From the NCBI RefSeq assembly GCF_009914755.1, contig NC_060927.1: DNA of 64,000 nucleotides, one strand, 5' to 3'. The translations under genes were made by a program, and so were the position numbers. This DNA is from the human T2T-CHM13v2.0 reference genome, Homo sapiens. The first letter of the stretch is position 1, and the number at the start of each line of letters is the position of its first letter. The notes under the pieces were generated by a model. The model made no database searches and was not told the DNA's origin. It saw only the letters and a program-made list of their open reading frames with translations. Below, in pieces: positions 1-64,000 of the stretch.

Positions 1-99
1 TTCAGGAAGTAATACGGCTCCCAAGTTTTCAGGGTGTTTATAAGATGCTCATATGAAGATTATTTTTTAAAGGTGCTTTTTGATTGTTCTGTTGTTGTT

Positions 100-390
100 A
101 TTTGAGATGGAGTCTCACTCTACCGTCCAGGCTGGAGTGCAGTGGTGCCATCTCAGCTCACTGCAACCTCTGCCTCCCAAGTTCAAGCGATTCTTGTGCC
201 TCAGCTTCCTGAGTAGCTGGGACTACAGGCATGCATACGCCACCACACCAGGCTAATTTTTGTATTTTTAGTAGAGATGGGGTTTTGCCATGTTGGCCAG
301 GCTGGTCTTAAACTCTTGACCTCAAGCAATCTGCCTGCCTCGACCTCCCAGAGTTCTGGGATTACAGGTGTGAGCCACTGCGCCCAGCCT
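100..390 (-). mobile_element. AluS-type element
   Basis: Reverse-complement Alu dimer. Confidence 0.92.
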
Positions 391-420
391 GATTGTTTTT
401 TTAAAAAAGAGAAATTATAG

Positions 421-850
421 GGTCCATCTCAATGTGGGTTCCCCAGATTTGGGCCAATCTGCCTAATCCTAGAGTATGGATTCAAGTATAAGTATTTATT
501 TGAGAGATAAAGGAGGGGGAGACAAAAATGAGACAATGAAGAGAAGGCAGCCAGTAATAGGTAAGTTACCAAGCCAATCATCACTCTAGGAGCTTAATTC
601 CATAAGAAATTTTTGAGTCCCAGTGTGAAACACACATCCCACAGTTGGCTCACATGAGAGGCAAGGACACTGAGATATTTATAGACCAACTTTCCTCAAT
701 CTGCTAGTTAAAGGCAGCTGGGAGCAGGGGGGTGTTAATATTCCAGCACAGTGGCAAAGAGGAAGTCCTCAGGCAACGAAAGGCAGATATTGCCCAATAT
801 GCACTAAGTGGTAAGGGACATGGGTAGGTCACCCAGTGTGTTGGCTACAG
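421..850 (-). mobile_element. Degenerate solo LTR, ERVL type (LTR16/LTR33-like)
   Basis: gggttcccca...ggattcaagtataagtatttatttg and terminal ...ggctaca resemble this family; family name from recall. Confidence 0.5.
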
Positions 851-1606
851 AGACTCTTGTAAATAACCAGTTTCTCAATATGGTTCTACTGCATTCAGAA
901 TAAGCAGGACTTTTCAAAATTGTTGTTCTGCTACATTCAATACATGTGTCTGTAATGATGTTGTCTGTTGTGAATTTTTAAAATCCTTGAGGGAACAATC
1001 CATATTATTTACTTGCTGTCTTAAATAGCACACATCTCAATTAGATTTGTGGGGTTTTTTTTAAGTGTCATCCTTCAAACACAAAGCACAAATACTGACC
1101 TCTTTCAAAAAGACCACGGTACATATATCTTGGTACTAGTAAGAGATTCATTAATCAACTCAAAGTGTTTTGTGGCCAATCTAAGGCTGTGAAAAAGAGA
1201 GAAGCTGCATGACTCACATAGAAAAAGAGGACCTCAACTGAGCTGACCAATCCCTCCACATAAGGAGTTGAGTCATGATCAACATAGATAACAGAAGCAA
1301 GCTACTAGCAAGACAAAATTTTAATCTCCATTACAACCTAACCACAAGGGAGCTTTTGTAGAAAGCTATCTTTAGATAGTAATGCACGGGATTATTTTAT
1401 AATTACAACAGCTTTAAAATTAAGTCTTACAGAAATTTTATTAACGCCCTCAGATGGCTAGAAAACGAGAGGTTCTCCTTATAAGCACTTATACTTCTTA
1501 ATTGTTTTATGATAAAAAAATGCAAATAGTTTCAAATTAAATTACATTTCCTTTTACATTAACTATCTCTATCCAATGCTTAACTCAATCAAATATAAGT
1601 ACATAC

Positions 1607-61144
<59,538 letters not shown>

Positions 61145-61252
61145 GGCGAGTGCCTCCAGCTCACAGGCCCTGAGGCCGCAGCCGCCGCTCCCGCCTCCCT
61201 GCGGGCCGCTGGGCCCCGCCGCTCCGCACCCACCGCTCCACTCGCCGCACTC

Positions 61253-61279
61253 CTAGCCGCGCCGACCCCCGCGCCCCAT
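61253..61279 (-). other. uORF MGRGGRRG* in the TOP2B 5' leader
   Basis: GCGATGG context (G at -3 and +4); stop TAG 108 nt upstream of the main ATG. Confidence 0.6.
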
Positions 61280-61662
61280 CGCGAAGATCCGGAGCGGACG
61301 TCCAGCCGAGCCCGCTGAGGAGGCCGCGCCGCCGGCTGCCCTCAAACTCGAGGCGCGGCGTCCGCGTCGCCCGGGCCTAGCGCGGCGGCTGAGGAGAAAG
61401 CAGGGAGCGACCGGCGGCGGCCGAGCGGCGGCGTTGCCTTCTCGCCCGCCCGCGGGCGCCGCTGCAGGCCGGGCTGAAGCCCGGGCGTGCGAGCCGCGAG
61501 GGCGGCCGGGGAGCCCGAGGCGCTCGGACGTGGCGAGGACGCAGAGGTGCCTTGTCCTTCTCACACTCCGCGAAGGCCAGCCACTCGAGTCGCCAGAGTA
61601 GTCGTCCCGGTCGCCGCCGCTGCTTCAAAGGCAGCCTTAGCCTCGCTGCAGCCCCGATTTCC

Positions 61663-61758
61663 TCACACACACACACCGAGAGGGACAATAAACAGAGCCG
61701 CCGCCGCCGCCGCCACGGTCACCTCCCTCTTGTCCGGCATAACACCGCACACACACAT
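61663..61758 (-). other. uORF MCVCGVMPDKREVTVAAAAAALFIVPLGVCV* (second ATG at 61740)
   Basis: Translated by hand; it is only a uORF if transcription starts upstream of ~61745-61760. Confidence 0.4.
61697..61714. repeat. (GCC)6 trinucleotide repeat
   Basis: gccgccgccgccgccgcc. Confidence 0.9.
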
Positions 61759-61786
61759 TTGCACACCGGGGAGAGAGGGAGGGCGC
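61720..61786 (-). ncRNA. MIR4442: Annotated pre-miRNA hairpin miR-4442
   Basis: Minus strand contains GCCGGACAAGAGGGAGG (61722-61738), which I recall as mature miR-4442; stem CCUCCCUCU/AGAGGGAGG plus CCGGU/GCCGG. Confidence 0.8.
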
Positions 61787-61822
61787 GGCGGCCGCCCCCG
61801 CTGTCAGTCAGCGCCATGCTGT

Positions 61823-61890
61823 CCAATCCGGGCCTTGTCGCCACAGCCTCTCGGCCAATCCCAAAATTCCAAGCCCCCTGGAGGGGCGGG
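61823..61890. promoter_or_regulatory. Two CCAAT boxes inverted relative to TOP2B (NF-Y type) plus a GC box (Sp1 type)
   Basis: CCAAT at 61823-61827 and 61855-61859 (32-bp spacing, typical of tandem NF-Y sites); GGGGCGGG at 61883-61890. Confidence 0.8.
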
Positions 61891-63419
61891 ACCCGAGGGG
61901 GGAAACGTCATTGCGGGTAGCAACCGAAAGGAAGACTTGGGGTTTTTGTTTGTGTGTGTGTCTGTGGGTTTTCCATTTGAAGGGAGAGCAGGGGCTGCTT
62001 CAAGGGTCAATTGAGGGCGGCAAAGGGAAAGGGTCGAATTGGCCTCGGGTCGATTGTAATCCTCCAAGCGTGCTGTTTACTCTGAGACCTAACCGGGAAT
62101 CCGAAGCGTTTGCCTGGGGCCTCTAAGGATGAGGATGGGGGCGGGGTGGGGATGGGGGTGGCAGGAAGAAGCCGGGGGCCGTCCCAAAGGGAAATTATTT
62201 TAAAAGAGCGGTTGTAAACCGCAGGCAAGACGTTGTAGACCACTGGTGCAAGGAGGCCCCGTGACCCGGCCTCCCCAAGGGCCTAAGTGGACGCTGCTGT
62301 CGAAAAAAATCATCTCAGACCTTCTCCATCTCCTTCTTCCGTCTCCTCCCCTCACCCCAAAAGAGCATATGGTCAGTTTCAAGAAAACTACATATGAAAA
62401 GCTTAAATGATAAGGGACACACAGAGAATGTTCTAGGGAAAGAATGCAGGGTGGGTTGAGTGTTCTATTTCTACTCTTTGTTGACCTTTCTTCTCTGAAC
62501 AATGCAGAGATGTCACTGTCACTTTTCTCATCTGTCCAGAACTGTGCCCCCTGCCTCTAAGAGGGCATGCTTAATTTTTAAAACTGTTTTCAGTGGAATT
62601 TTCAAATGCACAGTAAGGAATAATTTCATTCACATTAAAGCTTTCTAAGAATGAAAATTACCAATACAGCAACATCACAGTCTTTGGCAGATGGAAGATG
62701 GCTTTACTTCTTCCTGTTTTTCAGTGTAATTCCACTCAAGTATTTATTGGGCGCACACTCTGCCACGCTGTGCCAGGCTCTGCGATGGGTTCAAAGTAAA
62801 AACAAGGCCCCTGATTTCAAACCATTTATAACCTGGCTTGTGAGACAGACTAAAAGGGAGCCAACGATCACCAAAATGAGTACTTGAAGGCATGAAGTGC
62901 CACCAAAGAGTTGTGATGAAAGCTTTTTATAAAGATGAAAACAGTATTACTGTTTTTTGAAGAGGTGTTTTTGTGAACTTCCAACTGTGCATTTCCTCTC
63001 AAGGGAAAACAAAAATGTCTCAGGTCACATCTTTAAACTGCATTCTGAGTCTAGAGGTGGAGAACTCTGAAACATGGAAATAATTTAAACATAGTTTTTT
63101 TAATTAGCTCTCTGATGGCCATGTAACTTTGCCATACTAGGGACTTCAGAACAGTGAAGCCTTTCTTTACCTTGAACTTGGGGTGCAAACTTTTCTGAAC
63201 CTGACCAAGTATCCATAGCCTTGTTATTTAACTTCCCTGAGCCTCAGTTTAGTGCTTGTTAAAATGATCTTGTGTTCTTACTGTGAGTTTGCATCTCCAA
63301 GTACACATGTATTTTGTTTGAAAAGGGGTAATTTTAAAGGCAATGAGTTTTTTTTATGAAGATGTACTAGGTAGAAGCTAAGCTATAAAATACATAGCTG
63401 TCTCCTTTTTTAAACTTAA

Positions 63420-63746
<327 letters not shown>

Positions 63747-64000
63747 AGGTTCAGATTTTGAAATGAATAAAACAATATATTCAAAACTCAAATAGATTAA
63801 TAAAAATAATGTTCTTTTCACTTGCCTCATATGTGAGGCATTGAGTCCTTTTGTCTTCTCAGTATGAAAAAGCCTTTTAATAAGTGTTACTAGTTTTAAG
63901 AAAATACTGACTTACCCAGAAGAATTGCAAATAAGAATTGCTGAATATACATGAAAATCAACATTTTTAAAGCAGAGATTTGTGATGAGTGGAAGACGGA

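Overview
This window is human (primate) genomic DNA carrying most of TOP2B (DNA topoisomerase II beta) on the minus strand. I located 33 coding exons by hand, from the ATG at 61144 down to exon 33 at 1607. All have GT..AG boundaries and join in frame (4489 coding nt), which puts the catalytic Tyr at residue 826 as expected for the 1626-aa isoform. The last exons lie left of the window. The CpG-island promoter/5' leader (~60880-62300) holds two CCAAT boxes 32 bp apart, a GC box, the MIR4442 hairpin and two uORFs. The introns contain about 22 Alus, a near full-length ancient L1 with a full-length HSMAR2 mariner nested in it, MER2, MER30, MER58, LTR relics, MIR and L2. I see no new multi-gene system. 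The most interesting signals are small: (1) a chimeric old-Alu/AluYa5/old-Alu trimer; (2) a perfect 44-bp copy of MIR-derived sequence flanking exon 19; (3) an Alu whose A-tail is replaced by a G-quadruplex-type tract inside its target-site duplication (TSD); (4) a 46-nt insert with AATAAA and a 17-bp TSD; (5) a strong-Kozak uORF in frame with TOP2B and separated from it by a single TAG; (6) a hydrophobic uORF overlapping the MIR4442 hairpin, with a microsatellite-dependent stop; (7) a 53-bp alternating purine-pyrimidine tract that can fold over the exon 12 donor. Repeat family names come from my recall of consensus sequences, and repeat boundaries are approximate.
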